Positions 25,821 to 38,972 are shown, counted from the first letter of the stretch. The stretch: DNA of 64,000 nt from Protoeuglena noctilucae (GCA_958009085.1 OY253682.1:434001-498000), one strand, 5' to 3'. The notes: generated by a model from the sequence alone, not told the origin. Made by a program: numbers and translations.

Positions 25821-28800
25821 CTAGTGCATGCGGGAGAGCTCCTCCACGAGTCGCAACACCGTGGCTAGGTCCTCCCCGGCTGCCTTGGCCACCCGCTCCT
25901 GCCGCTCGCGGGGCAGGTCCAGCAGACCTTCGATCAAATCCCCATCGATGAACCCGCTGAGCTCGGAAATGCGACGGTCAGCCTGCGCGTTTAAGGTACA
26001 ACACGGGAGTGAGGACAGGGGCGGAGGTGTCACTGCAGTGCCCTTGCATGACTGCAATGCTTGGCAGGGCGAGCGGATCACCATGCGTGGCGTAGGGCGA
26101 CGCGAGCCACGACCGAAATGAACGCAACAGCGTGGACGGCGCACCGCGGGGCAGTTCCTCACCTCGCACCGCCTCCACGGCCCATGGGCCAGGTTGCCGA
26201 CGCCCGGCACCTCCGCCATGACGCCCTGCACCCTCCAGAGCACGTCGAAGGCCTGCTGCGGGAGCGGCGCCATCATGACCACCGCGCCGCTGACGCAGCC
26301 CATAAGCAGCGTGGGCCCTCCGCCCAGTTCCGCGTCGGGAGGGCGCATGACCAGGGACCCACGGTGCACCCGGTTCACGGCGGCCCCCAGGCTCATGACG
26401 CCCACGGCCTCGAGCCGCGCGCGGTCCTCGTCCGCCTCTGCCTCCCCGCGCATCCGCAGCACCTTGAGGTTGCCCTGCGCATCTGCGGTAAGAAACACAT
26501 CGTCCGCCAGCGTCTTGGACGCCGTGGGCCATCCCATCTCGTAGTCGTGCGCCCGCTCCTCCAACGCGCCCTTCCCGTCCGCCCCACGGTTGTACAGGAG
26601 CACAGACACCGACCTGCACGCGGAACGCAATCGCAAGGTCGTGCCACAGCGTGCGTAGGATGATGGTTGATGCGCTCCCCATGCACGAAATGACACAGCA
26701 CGCGCCCCAGCGCTGCTTAGATCGACCAAAACGCACCGCATGAGATCCCCGACGAGGATGAAGTCCCCCCGGACGTCGATCTGCAGCGTCATGGTGTTGC
26801 CCGACCACCCGCACTCGTGGGTAAGCTCCTTGGACCCGGTGTTGCCCTCCGCCAGGTGCAGAACGTGGACCTTGGCTCCCACGGACACGACAATCCGGTC
26901 TCCTGCGGCAGGCGCAGGCGGGAGTCAGGGATCAGACAGACGCAGCGACTGGAGCGCACACGGATGCTGCACGGCCTGCCGACCGGGACCTGCCGCCTGG
27001 CTGGCCTTATTGCATAGCTCACGAATAGCTGCATGCAATGCATGGCACGATGGGGTCGCGCGCACAAAGCGAGCGTGCTTTGTCGATGCGCGACTCGCCA
27101 AAGGGAGCGATGGCGTGCACTGCGTTCTTGACCGTCTTGCTGGCGACCACTTCCAGCCGCGTCCCGTCGTCCTCGATGGAGAAGACCACGATGCGGCCCT
27201 CCTTGGGCTCTTCTTCCGCCTTCGGGTCCACGATCGCCGTGCCCAGCACGTAATGCGCAGGTGCGCCCGGGGCGGTCGAGAAGGGCGCGGCCGCGAGCGA
27301 ACAGACGTCCTCGTTGGCTGCGGAGGAAAAACGATTGCAAACGCAGGTTCAAAGGACGGCGGCGCGGGCGACTGGCAGGCGTGGGCTCGATCTGCTCTGA
27401 AGACGACGCGACATGCAGCAATCCGTCCAGCCGCGTCGCAGTGCCTCCCGCTGCTCACGGAGGAGGTCCATGGAGAAAAGTCGCTCAAACGTCCCCGCCG
27501 CCAGCAGGTGCACGCGCGACACCTCCCTCACGGCTCCCGTCGCGTCCGCCGCGCCCTGCCCTGACCCGCTCGCGCCGTCCGCGCCCGGCCGCACCACGGG
27601 CACTTCCGTGACCGTGCCCAGGCACAGGGTCCCCGTCGCCGCGTCGTAGGCGATGCGCCTCGGCTGCTCGCCCAGCGGGACTGTCCGGACGTGTAGCTTC
27701 TGGATGTCGTCGATGGCCCCAATCGACAGATCGTCCCTGGAGACCGTGACGATGCAGTTGGGGAACGCGGCGGCGTGGAAGGGACACATGGCCGTCACCT
27801 CGCCTGCAATCACGGGAACGATCAGGGTGCGATGGGTCCCTGTACAGGCGCAGGTGCAGGCGATGTGTTGTGAGCAAGCGGACGCTCACCGGTGTTGACG
27901 TTGCAGAAGAGAAGCTTCCCGGCGCTCAGGTACACGACGGAGGGGCGGTCGCAAGCGGCGAAGACGCTCCGGGCGCCCCCTTGGGCGAAGGACGTGAGCG
28001 TGATGGGCTTCGTGCCGAGCGCAGCACGTTTGGGAGGCCCCGTGGCCAATGCGGGCGCCTGGCCCTCGCCGCTCGTCAGCGACAGCGGCACCGTGAGCAG
28101 CTGCCCGTCTCCCAGCGCGCACAGCAGCAGGGCCGCCCTCTCCTCATCGCGGTCCGATGCGCCAGGTCGTGCCTTGCCGCGCCCGGCCCCTCCCGCCGCG
28201 TTGTCCAGCTCCCCGACGTACACCGACCTGCAGAGCACGCGGAATGCGTCAGCGAGTCACTTTCAGTGCGATCCATGGTGCCCCGATGCTGCCACGTCCC
28301 AGCAGATTTCCCCATCTACTGTGCGCAATGGCTGACGGCCCTGAATGAAGTGGATGTCTGATGTATCGTAAACCTTGTTGCTGTGTCTTCGCATCGACTC
28401 ACCGGGGCACCATGTCGCCCTCAGCGTGCACTGTCGCCAGCGTCGCCATGCCATGGACGGCCACCACCTCCACCATGCGGCTCCACAGCCCGACGGCGCA
28501 CACGGCCACACCCGCGACGCGCCCCACGCTGACGCACGCAACCTCGTCGCTGAAGTCGCGCTCGCCGGCGACTGCGAGCGAGCCCCGCTCGACACGCAGG
28601 ACCGTCACGTGGCGCGGCCCTGTGACGAGCGCCACGTGGGCCCCGTCGTCGGAAGCGCCGGCCTTGGTGATGGGCGCGGGGGGGTTGGGCGCGAACGAGG
28701 AGACCAGGGAGAGCGCGGGCTGCAGGGAAGGGCAGGGTGCGCGGTTAGCCATGCACGGGGCATGTACTCGTGCGACTTATTTTGCCAGAGACACAGGGCA

Positions 28801-31379
28801 GGTGCGGGCTGTGGCGCAACAGCACTGCGGTGTAAGCGCCGGAGGTGCTCCAATCGCACCTCGCTCGCGCAGGCTGGGCTCACCAGGGACAGGAGGCGCG
28901 CCTCGGCTGGGGTGACCTGCACCGCCTGCCCGTGTGCCACCCCGGCGGCCGCCAGGGTCTGCCGGGAGGCGTCGATGCCGCTGGCCTCTTCCTCGCCAAT
29001 CTCCGTGCCCTGCAGCTGCAGGACCCGGGTGCCTGCGACGAACGAAACGACCAGCCGCGAATGCGTCGAGGCATCAGGGCCCTCTGGCAGCGCCCACACG
29101 CCCCGGATGCCCGGGAGCGATGCCGACGCTTGCTCCGTGATGCCGATGCCAGACCGGACGACGCGCAGAGAGCCCCACGGACCGAGGCCGGCGCAGGCAA
29201 TGATCTGCAGGACAACGCACGGGGGCAGCGGTTCATCAATTGAGCATAGCGGCACGCGGCACCATGGCCAGAGCAGCACAAAATCTGTTCTGCAAAACTG
29301 GGCTGTGCCCCACCATGCCTAAGATCACACCGCCGATGCTTGCGCATGCAAGGATGGGTCAGCACCGCCCCATCGGTCAGCCTCTCGCCTGTCCCTGCCC
29401 GTGCCCCTCGACGTCCACGACCGTGAAATCCACGATGGGCCCCAGGTGCGGCATCTCCTGCAACACCTCGACGAAGTTCGGGCCCTCCACTGCACCCTCC
29501 CCATCCATCGCGGCATCGCCCGACGTGTCTGCAGGTGGCAGAGCTGGTGACGTCTTCGCGCGGGTAAGGTATGCTAGTCATGCCGGCGATTGCAACCCCT
29601 CTGTCAGAGGTGTCGCACATGATACACAGCAACGGGCGACAATAGGCGACATGCGCATGCACCCACCAATGGGCTCCTCGTGGATGCGTATGAGCTGGCT
29701 GTCGGCCGCTTGGGACCCCACGAAAGCGAGACCGTGGCCCAGGAACGCCAGCGAGTGGGGCGGGTGGATGGCACCGAGCTCCTCCACGCGCACGCGAGGC
29801 GCGCCGCCCTCGTCCGTATGCACCGCAACCAGGTGCAGGAAGCCCAGGTCGCTGCCCACGAGCGCGCGGAACGAATCGGAAGCGCCGCCGAGCACCGGCG
29901 ACCACGCGCGGCGGGCCGAGGGCGGCAGCGGCTGCGCCACTTGCGTTTCGGTGGACGCCAGATAGTGCGCGGTGGCCTCGCCGAGGACCAGGGCACCCCC
30001 CAGGGGACGGGGCACGGGGACCAGCGCGTGCGCGCCGCCCTCGAGGTTGGGGACGTGCGCGATGGGGCCGGGGTTGAATGCTTTCTTGGCCAGGTCAACT
30101 GCATAGGTGCGGAGGTGCCGGGCGTGCTGCAAATCTTCGGAGAGCACTGCCAGCACGGCGGTAGGGCCGGAGGTGTCCAGGAACGCCAGGTCGATGACTC
30201 TGCGAGGGCGGGAGTTGGCGACGCCGGTTAGCTGGGGCGAGGTGCGCGGTGGCCTGTTGCACGTTGCACCTGGCATCGCGCTGCATGCGAGTGCTCCCAT
30301 CCTCACGTGAGCTCCTCGATGCGGAAGTTGACGGCGCTGGAGAGGATCGCATCGGAGCCGCCGCGGCCCTTCTCGAGCGGCAGAATTTTCACCAGGCCTG
30401 CGAAGGAGGACGGAGAGAGGTGGTGAAACGAAGGGGTGGTAAAACGAAGGAGTGCCACAGCGCAGGGCGGCTGACGGCCCATCGGCGCACGCCCAGCTCA
30501 CCGCTGTACATGTGAACGGCGATGCAGCGGGCAGCGCTGTCCACGGCAGCGATGGGACCTTCGTCAGCCGGACGCCCCGTGCGGTCGGACAGGTCCCCGC
30601 AGGCGCGAGTCACCAGCGCGCCGCGGGCCGCGTCCCACATCAGCATGGTGAAGCGAAAGTCCTGCACAAACGGGACGCAACCGGCACGGTCCTAAGATCC
30701 GGGAAACGCCGCACGCGCTCGCATACGCGAGCCAACAGCCAAGCTTGCACACTTGCTCACCTCGAGCAGCAAGAACAGCGCGTCCGTCGCGTCGCCCGGA
30801 AGCCGCACGACAAGAAGGCAATGGACGTTACCGTAAATGGGGGCGCTCGTGACGAGCTCCATGGAATCGGAGCTGCATCGGTACACCTCCAAACACGACG
30901 CCTTCCTGTGGGCAAAGATCAGCTTGGCTCGGCAGGCATCGGTGTCTACCCGCAACAAACAATCTCAGCACCGTAGGGAGCGGCGGCAAGACCCGGGGGA
31001 CGCGCCGGGCTGCGCGTGGGGGGAGAGAGGGTCCTAAAGTGGTCACCGCGACGAGCGACGAGCGGCGCCTCTAGATTGCGACCCACGTCGCGTGACTGAC
31101 ACTAAGAGCGACGAAGATGCTCGGAAGCAATCGTCCCGCTGCCCAAGTGCTGCGCATGCCCTCAGGAGGAAAGGGCGCGCACCCCCAGCGTGCGATTGGG
31201 CGATGGCACGTGCGGACGAGCCCGCGAGGATCCAAAAGGCGCCCGCCCAGTCCCTTCACTCACGCGACGACGAGGTTGCTGTCCGATGGGCCGGTGAAGA
31301 CCGCGTGCGCGCAAGCGTTGGCCAGGGTCGGCTTCAAAGCGGTTACAACGTAGTTGTGCCGGGGCGATGGAGCGTCCAT
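25821..31379 (-). CDS. DDB1: DNA damage-binding protein 1 (CUL4 adaptor), ~20 introns
   Basis: HNYVVTALKPT, GDLSDRTGRP, ARHLRTYAV, HLGPIVDFTVVDVEGHGQGQ|IIAC..GSLRVVRSGIGI, SVFAACDRPSVVY, IGAIDDIQKLHVRTVPLGEQPRRI, DFILVGDLMRS, GFIDGDLIE...VEELSRMH*. Confidence 0.95.
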
Positions 31380-31669
31380 CTTCGTAAATGGCACGCAACC
31401 ACGTCGCGAGACTCGGCCCGGGACTCGGGATGCGCGGGCAAGCAGCGAGTAGCGACCAGTACTGATGCGTCCGCCTGCCCGTCCGATCAGCAATACCGTC
31501 GGCATCTGCGATCGCATGACGGCGTGGGGATCGGAGTTTGAGTCGTGGCGGGAGGCACTGGCTGCGTCGCGATCGCCAGCATGTGCGTGCACACCGAAGC
31601 GCTTCATCATCGAGGCCACCACCTCCGTCTTCGACAGCTGAGCAGGCTCTGGTGACAGTGGTGAGCGCA

Positions 31670-32821
31670 ATGGCAGGCTCAGGCTACGACGTCGACCTCC
31701 CCGAGGTCCGCTCGTGGATGCTTGCGGGGTGGGCGTCGTCTTCGCCATTGTCGCGGGCCTGGTGGGCATCTTGTACGTGCGGTCGCGCCAGGATGTCTCA
31801 GATGCGGAGGGCAGGGAAGCTGGGGCGGGCAGGGGCGGGCAGGGACGCGCTGAGCGGCGAGAACAGCAGAGGCGAGAGCGTTTTTGGGATCTCCGCGGTG
31901 GGATGTTTGCCTGGATTGAGGACCTCTTCGCCGCAAACCTCCGCTTCCCTTGCGGCCGCTCGCAGGCTCCTGCGTCGCCGTGCAGGCCGACGTCCGCACG
32001 CTGCAGGCACAGCTGCGGAGGACGACGAGGGCGATGGGAGGGACAGGGGGCTGATGGAGGCGGTCATGGAACAGGGCGGCCGTGCGAACCTCTCCAAGCT
32101 CAAGTGAGGGCGGCGATCGATGTGTCAATGGGTGCGTGCGAGGCATGTGTGGATGTGAGGCGCGAGAAGGGGGGTTCGCGATGCGCAGGTACGAGCAAAA
32201 GATCCGGGAGAGGGAGAAGGAGCGTCGGGCGCGGGAGGAGGAGGAGCGATTGCTCGAGGAGGAGAGGCGGAAGGAGGAGGAGAGGGCGTACGCACAGTGG
32301 AGGGGAGAGTTTGGCGTCGACGGCGCGGGGCACGAGGCGATGAGCAAGGAGGAGGAGCAGAGGGCGCTGGGGGATCTCGCAGGCAGGTCGCTGTGTAACC
32401 ATACGCAGCCTTCGGGCAGGGCTGGTGTGCCGGTGCATGGCAACGAGGGTCGATCTCGCTCCCTTCCCCTCTCAGAGTATCTTTTAGCCCAGGGCACCGT
32501 GGAGCTGGCGCAGCTGCCGCAGAGGTTCTCGTGGCTGCCCAGCCGGGACGTCTACCGTCGCATCCAGCAGCTGGAGGCGGAGGGGCGTGTGTCGGGGGTA
32601 TTCGACAGCGAGCGGGGGCGCTACGTGTTCATTTCCGAGACCAAGTTCCGGCAAATCGCCGACTTCATTAACGAGCGGGGCCGCGTCAGGTGTCCTGGCT
32701 GCCGAAGATGAGATGTGGAGCTGCGGGGTGCGCTGTGTGGTCTTTCAGAGTGTGTGCTTCACATCGTACCTGCAGCGTCCGAGACGTGCGGCAGAGGTGT
32801 GCACAGGTCCTGGGCATCTGA
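31670..32821 (+). CDS. DDRGK1: DDRGK domain-containing protein 1 (UFBP1); apparent -1 frame break at 31726-31729
   Basis: N-terminal TM segment (GVVFAIVAGLVGILYV), charged coiled coil (REEEERLLEEERRKEEERAYAQWRGEF), PCI-like end RIQQLEAEGRVSGVFDSERGRYVFIS..IADFINERGRV|SVRDV...LGI*. Confidence 0.85.
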
Positions 32822-33303
32822 CACAGTGTGAGTTCCAGAGCCTGTGCTGCACCGTCAGATTGGGTAAGACCTGGTGAGGTTTTACCCGCTCTGGAGCCCA
32901 CTTATACCGCAAGAGGAGCCCCGACACGGTCATAACCAACCTCACCGAGCTCGACAGCCGACCTCGCGACCTTCGCTTCAGCCTCTCAGCTTCAAGCATC
33001 CTTCCCTCCAGCCTCTGCATCGGGTGAGGACAGCACGGGCGCTCTCTTGCGCACCGGGAGCGCTCCTGGTGGGGGACATTGTGTAAGCTGCGCGCACGGA
33101 CCCTTGCGCTGGCGCGCCTCGCCGTGAACTCTCCGCTGGCCGGGTGTGCTTCATAACACCGTGCTCAATCCCGCCCCGCCCGCCCCCTCTCGTCCTCTTC
33201 TGCGCCGGCCTCTCGGATGAGCGATGCTTGCCAAATTTTGCATCCTTTGCGGGGCGGTCCGCTGGGACCAAGCCGGCTTTCCTGTAGTCCCTCGCAGAGC
33301 ACG

Positions 33304-36300
33304 ATGACGGTCGAGGCCGCTCCCGACGACCCGCAAGTAGACGGGGCGTTCCCCAACGGCGCCTCTTCGGGCGAGGGCGCTTTCAACGCGTTCGCGGTGC
33401 TCCCGCGCATCCGCTCCGTGGTGCCGAGCGCCAAGATCCGCGCCGCGGCAATGCTGGAGGATGCGGAGCCCGCCTACGCCTCCATCGCGCCCCATATGCT
33501 CTTCAGCAGCGAGGGGATCAGCGACGCGGACCACGTGCAGACGTCGGCGAGCGCGCACTGGTCGCTCGTCGCGTGTCTCGGCCACGCCTTCCTCGACCGA
33601 ATGGCCGTCCAAGCCCTCGGCGCTGGCCAAGCCCAGCACCCGGAGGAGACGTTCCTGACGGTGCTCGACCAGCAGGGCAGCGACGTGTTGACGGCGGAGC
33701 AAGCGGCGACCGTCGTCTCGGCGTGCGTTGCCCTGCAAGCGACGGCGACGGACGACCACCCCTCGCCACAGGAGGAGACCCGGCAGAGGGCCCTGGGATG
33801 CCTCGCGGCACCCGCGGTGTTCCAGGCTCTGGCGGAGATCCTGTGCAAGGCCGCCCAGGACAACTTGACGGACTGCTTCCAGCCCGTGCGTGCGCTGGGC
33901 CTCCGGTGCGGCTGCTCCGGGGAGGTGTGCGGCACGGCGGCGCTCCTGGGCAAGGCCGTGGGAGACGGCGAGCGCGACGCAGTGGCGTTCCAGAAGATGG
34001 CGGAGGTGGCTCTGCTTCCCCCGGCGTGTGACGCGTCCCTGTCGCCGCTGGCCGCCGACCTCGCGGTGGCCAGCCTCGCCCTGGCCATCAGCCGGGCGTC
34101 CGAGCAGATCCGCGCGGGCGGCGTCTCGGTGGACGACCATGTGCTGCAGGACGCCGTCAGCCCGCTCCTCTTCTCCGTCGCCCACGACAGGCGCCGGTCC
34201 CTGCCTTGTGCGCACCTCCTCGCCCCTCTGCTGGAGGCGTGGGCGGACGCGGTCGAGGACCAGCCCGAGCGGCACAAGGACGTCCGCCGCGCTGCGATCG
34301 TCGCCATCGCCCTCGCGCCCACGTGGGCAGAGGGCTTCGAGCAGGTGCGGCACGTCGCGATGCCATGCAGAGCAGCGCATCCGTCTGGGTGCATCCGCCC
34401 ACTGCCACCCGCCACTTGCGCTGCCTTCGTCTCACGCTTCCCTCTCTCTGTCCTTTGGGTCGCAGGTGATCGACGTGATGGCCAGGCACCCGTGGCTGCG
34501 CACGTGCTGCCAGCTCCGCGCGAGGGACGCCGAGACGGGCGCCACTCGCGGGGGTCTGACGCCCGTGGCCGCGGCGATCGTGGCCGTGCAGGCGCGCCTC
34601 CTGAGCTCCTCGTGGCCCTCGGGCAGGCTGTCAATCCCGAGCGACCTGGCGACCCGTGACGATCCGCGGCATACGCCCCAGCCGCGCGGCCGCCGCAACG
34701 CCCCGCCGGCCTTCGTCATGCGGCGGGTCCCGCCCCCGGCCCAGCTGCAAGACGATGCCCCTGCCAGGCCCGGCGTCGTCCACTTCACGGGCAAGCTCGA
34801 CGTGCCCGGCATCCTCGACAAACTGCTGGGCCCCTCCCCGGACCCGGAGGCCCTGGCCGCTCCCGAGACGCTGTGGAATTTGCTGGGCACCACGTCGGAT
34901 GGCCCGAGGCCGTCACTGCTCGACGTGGCGCTATACCTGCGGCACTGGACCTTCTCCGGCGACGAGACGGCCGTGAAGGGCAGGGTCTTGGGCCGGACGT
35001 ACCTGGCGTGCCCTTGGCCCGGGCTGCGCCTGGAGACGTGCCTATGGCGCCTGGGGGCTCGGGCCCTGCCGGCGCAGGTGTCGTTCTTCCTGCCGGCGGT
35101 GGACACGCTCAACCTGTCGACTTTTGAGAACGACGACGTGTTGCCGAGCTCGCACGACGGCATGTGCGCGCGGCCGTTCCTGGACCTGCGCAAGTGGGAC
35201 GGCGCGCTAGACGGCCTCCTGCTCCTGTGCCTCATGCTGGGCGATGCCGACGCCAATGACGCGCAGGCGGTGGGCGGGGCGACGGCGCTGCTGGAGGCGG
35301 CGGTGGGGGCGCACGGCATCCCGACGGCAGACGAGGTACGCCTGGCGCTGATCGATGCGCTGCTGATGCTGGACAGGGCGGGGGTGGAGGTGGCGCATAG
35401 GGTGGCGGCGGAGTTGCGCCAGAAGTGCAGTCCGGCCCTGCCGCCCTCCCGGCTACCCGAGGAGCCGTCGCGGGTCGCGGCGCCCGTTGCGATCCAGGGC
35501 GGCGTGCGCGTGGCGGCCCAGAACGCCTCAGCGCTGCTCAAGGCCAAGTTCATGGGGGAAGTGGCGGATTTGCTGCTGAGCATCAAGGTTGCTCTGCAGA
35601 AGGTGAGCCGAGCGCGACACCTACCGCGTCCGCCGCGCTGCCTGCGCACCTGACATTTGTTATCAGTCCTCAAGCTCATTTCTGAGTGTTTGCCCCCACG
35701 CAGGCCGACGAGGGCGACTTCGTCCCGCTGTCCAAGCTGTGCGTTCCGCACGCGAACGTGACCGGTTTCGGGCACATGGTGGTGCGGGTGGAGAGGTGCA
35801 CGGGCCGGGACGCGCTCGCGGACGACTTTGCGGCGCTCATGGATGCGTCCAACCAGCGCAAGTTCATCCTGTGCGTGAGCCCGGCGGGGGGGCCGCGAGC
35901 CGGCCCGCCCTGTCCGCGCAACTGCACCAAGTGCCTAGACCGGGCGATGGAGTCCGGCACGCCGGTCTTACTCATCCCGACCGACACGGCCGTGTCTGGG
36001 CCCGGCCTTGTGGGCCAGCACCACAGCGCGGTGGAGTGGCTTAAGCAGCGCTTCGATGTGCTGGAGCAGCAGGCGACCCAAGTCGGGGCGACGCTGGAGG
36101 AGTGGCTGTTGCGGTACGGCCTCTGTGGCGAGGACATGGCCCATGCGTCGGACGACGTGTGGCTGCGGGCGCCAGAGCGGGCGATGCTCGGGGTCGGCGG
36201 CCAGCGCCTGGTGGGCCTCCCCGGGTTAATCCTGGGCCGCACCAAGACGGCGGACGGCCACTGGGGCTACCAGCTCACCCTTGGGGTGGGCGACAACTCG

Positions 36301-38972
36301 CCCGTCCTGAAGAAGCTCTTCAACGCAGCCGAGGAGAGCCGTTTCCTGGTCCTGCCTTTCCCGAACACGAAGGCGGTGAAGGGGGAGTACGCGGCGATCC
36401 GGAAGATGCTGCAGGAGGACGGAGAGTTCGACGAGCCAGACCCGGTGGTGCTGGCAATGCTGGCGAAGAAGCGCAGCGACAACGGCGGGACCAGCGCAGA
36501 GGAGGATGGAGAGGCGGGCGACGAGGAAGACAGCGACGACGGCTCGGCATCTCAGTCTGACGCACCGTGGGGCGACGTGGAGGACGAGGACGGCGAGGGT
36601 GTCAGGCGCACCCGGGACGGCTACCTGGGCGCGATGAAGATCACCCAGCGGGCGTTCACGAACCTCCCGCTGCTTGCGTCCGAGGGCGACGAGGGTCTGG
36701 GTGCGCGCCCGCTGACGGACGCGGAGGTGGCGGCGGCGGTGGAGGAGCTGCGGGCGTCGGGGAAGGGCCTGCTCGCCTCGCGGCTGTTCGACGCTCGTTA
36801 CCGGGCCACGGGGGAGGAGGCGCGGCGGAGGCTCCAGGCCGAGAAGCATCTGCGGGCCATGGTCGCGGCAGCGTTCGCGCAGGGGTCCGACGAGGCCCTG
36901 GACGGGCGGCTGCAGTCGCGGCCGGCGTGGCGGCGGGGGCCGGTGCCGCTGTGGGCACAGGACCGGGGATGGATGAACGCGGCACGGCTCCTGCTGCTTC
37001 TCATGGGCGACCCACGAGTAGCGGAGCAGCCGAGTGAGACGCGGGGGGTTTTGGGAGAGCTCAACCGAGAGCAGATCACCGTGGTTACGGAGGCCCTCTT
37101 CTCGCCCTTGTCCCTGCTGCGGGGTCCCCCGGGCACCGGCAAGTGAGTGCAGCACTGCGGTGCAGCTCTCTTCTGGCGCGATGTTTCAAGTTGTCACTTG
37201 TGGATGTGCTCTCTGCGATCGCTGTGCAGTGCTGGGACCGTGCCATGATGTGTTTGTGTTCGCTCCTCGCCTGCAGGACCCGCACCCTGCTGGCAACGCT
37301 TGCCGTCGTCTCCTTGCTCGAGCGGGCAGGCCTCGGGGGCCCAGGGACGGTGCTGGTGACGACGGAGACCAATCACGCCGCCGACCACTTCGTGCGCCAG
37401 TCGATCGCGGCCGGCCTGCACTCTTGCCGTGTGCTGCGCAAGCAGCTGGATGGCGCCGAGGCCGCGTCCCTCCACCACACGGGCTTCCTGTCGAGGCACT
37501 CTGCCAAGCACGAGTGCGTGTGGGAGATCTGGCGGCAGTTGCTCGCGAGGGACCGGCGGTCCAAGCCTGAGCCCCGCATGCTTGCGGCGCTGCGGCGCTT
37601 CCAGCTCAACGCGCGCGAGGACGCATTCGACGCCGCGGAGGCCCTCGTGTGCACCACGGCGGGCGCGTCGACTTACGTCCAGGTGTCTGTGGAGGGAGGC
37701 TCCGCGACGCTGGAACCCAAGACGGACCTGTGGATGCGGGCTTTCCGGCTCGTGATCGTCGACGAGGCCACGCAGATGGGACCCCTGGCGGCGTTGGTGC
37801 CCCTGACGCGCGGGGCGGAGTGCGTCGTGCTGGGCGGGGACCCGCGCCAGCTGCAGCCCATGGTCTCTCAGATCCTGGCGAAGGCCCCGGACGGCGCAGC
37901 GCGGGTGCGGAAGCTGGAGGCGACGATGTTCACGCGGTTCATCCGGTGCGGGGCGGCGGAGATGTGGCTGACGGTGCAGTACCGGATGCACGAGCGCATC
38001 GCGCAGTACTCCAACGCCCTCTTCTACGGGGGCTCCTTCGTCACGGCCAACACGATCGTCCGGCCGGAAGTGCGGTTCGGGGAGCCGCTGGCGTTGCGGC
38101 TGGGGCTGCCGCACGGGGTGCTCAGCGACCGCGTCGTGCTGCTGGAGGTACCGGGTCCCGAGCAGCAGTCGGGCTCGTCCAAGTACCACAGCGGGGAGGT
38201 GGACATGACACGAACCTTGGTCCAGAGCCTCCTGCGTGGCGGAGACGGGCGGCTGCTGACCGTGGCGGTCATCTCGCCCTACAAGGCCCAGGTGGGGCGC
38301 ATCAAGGAGGAGCTCCTTCGGGCGCTGGCGACGACCCAGGAGGGCCGGGCGCGGCTGGTGCGCTCCGACGACGGCCGCGATGAGCTGGGACCGACCATCA
38401 AGGTCGACACGACCGACGCATTCCAGGGCCAGGAGGCGGACGTGTTGATTGTGTCGACCGTGCGGCGGGACCGGCAGCCGATCTGGACGTCCTTCGCCCC
38501 CGACCCCAGGTGCGACCTTGTCTTGGTTGCATTGCTCGCGCCCGTCGTCGCGGCATGTTTGGACAACCTTTGCCGCCGGCCCCAGGTGGTCGCGTGGCTC
38601 GCCGCCCGCCGCCGCAGTCCCATTCTCCCCGTCGCTCATCCGGATGCCGTCTGTGCTGTCGACTGCAGGCGCATCAACGTCTCTCTCACGCGTGCCAAGA
38701 GTCAGGTGGTCGTGCTGGGGGAGCGCGTGGCGCTCGATAACCTCCGGTTACACAGAGCCCATGCCGACGGCCTCATCCAGGACGCCTGGAGCCAGTGGGT
38801 AAGGGGAGTCCCTTCGTTTGCCCCACCCACTGTGGTCAGCATCGACGCCCTGGCCACACCGGCCGCCGGCAGGGCGGACGAGGCGGACGAGCCGGTGGGC
38901 AAGCGTGGGAAGGGCGGACACGCGCGCAGAGGAGAGGCCGCGCGGGGCAGGAACCACAGGGGCCGCCGATAG
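33304..38972 (+). CDS. Large superfamily-1B (UPF1/DNA2/SEN1-like) helicase, ~1717 aa, unrecognised N-terminal region
   Basis: Exons 33304-34344, 34466-35602, 35704-37142, 37277-38509 and 38669-38972 join in frame (5154 nt). Motifs LNREQ, GPPGTGK|T, TNHAAD, IVDEATQ, GDPRQLQP, LTVQYRMH, ISPYKAQV, DAFQGQE, RINVSLTRAK. Confidence 0.88.

Noticed and set aside
33304..38972. Helitron or other mobile-element helicase
   Set aside because: The motifs are UPF1/DNA2-type, not PIF1. I see no HUH Rep motifs, terminal hairpin or terminal repeats.
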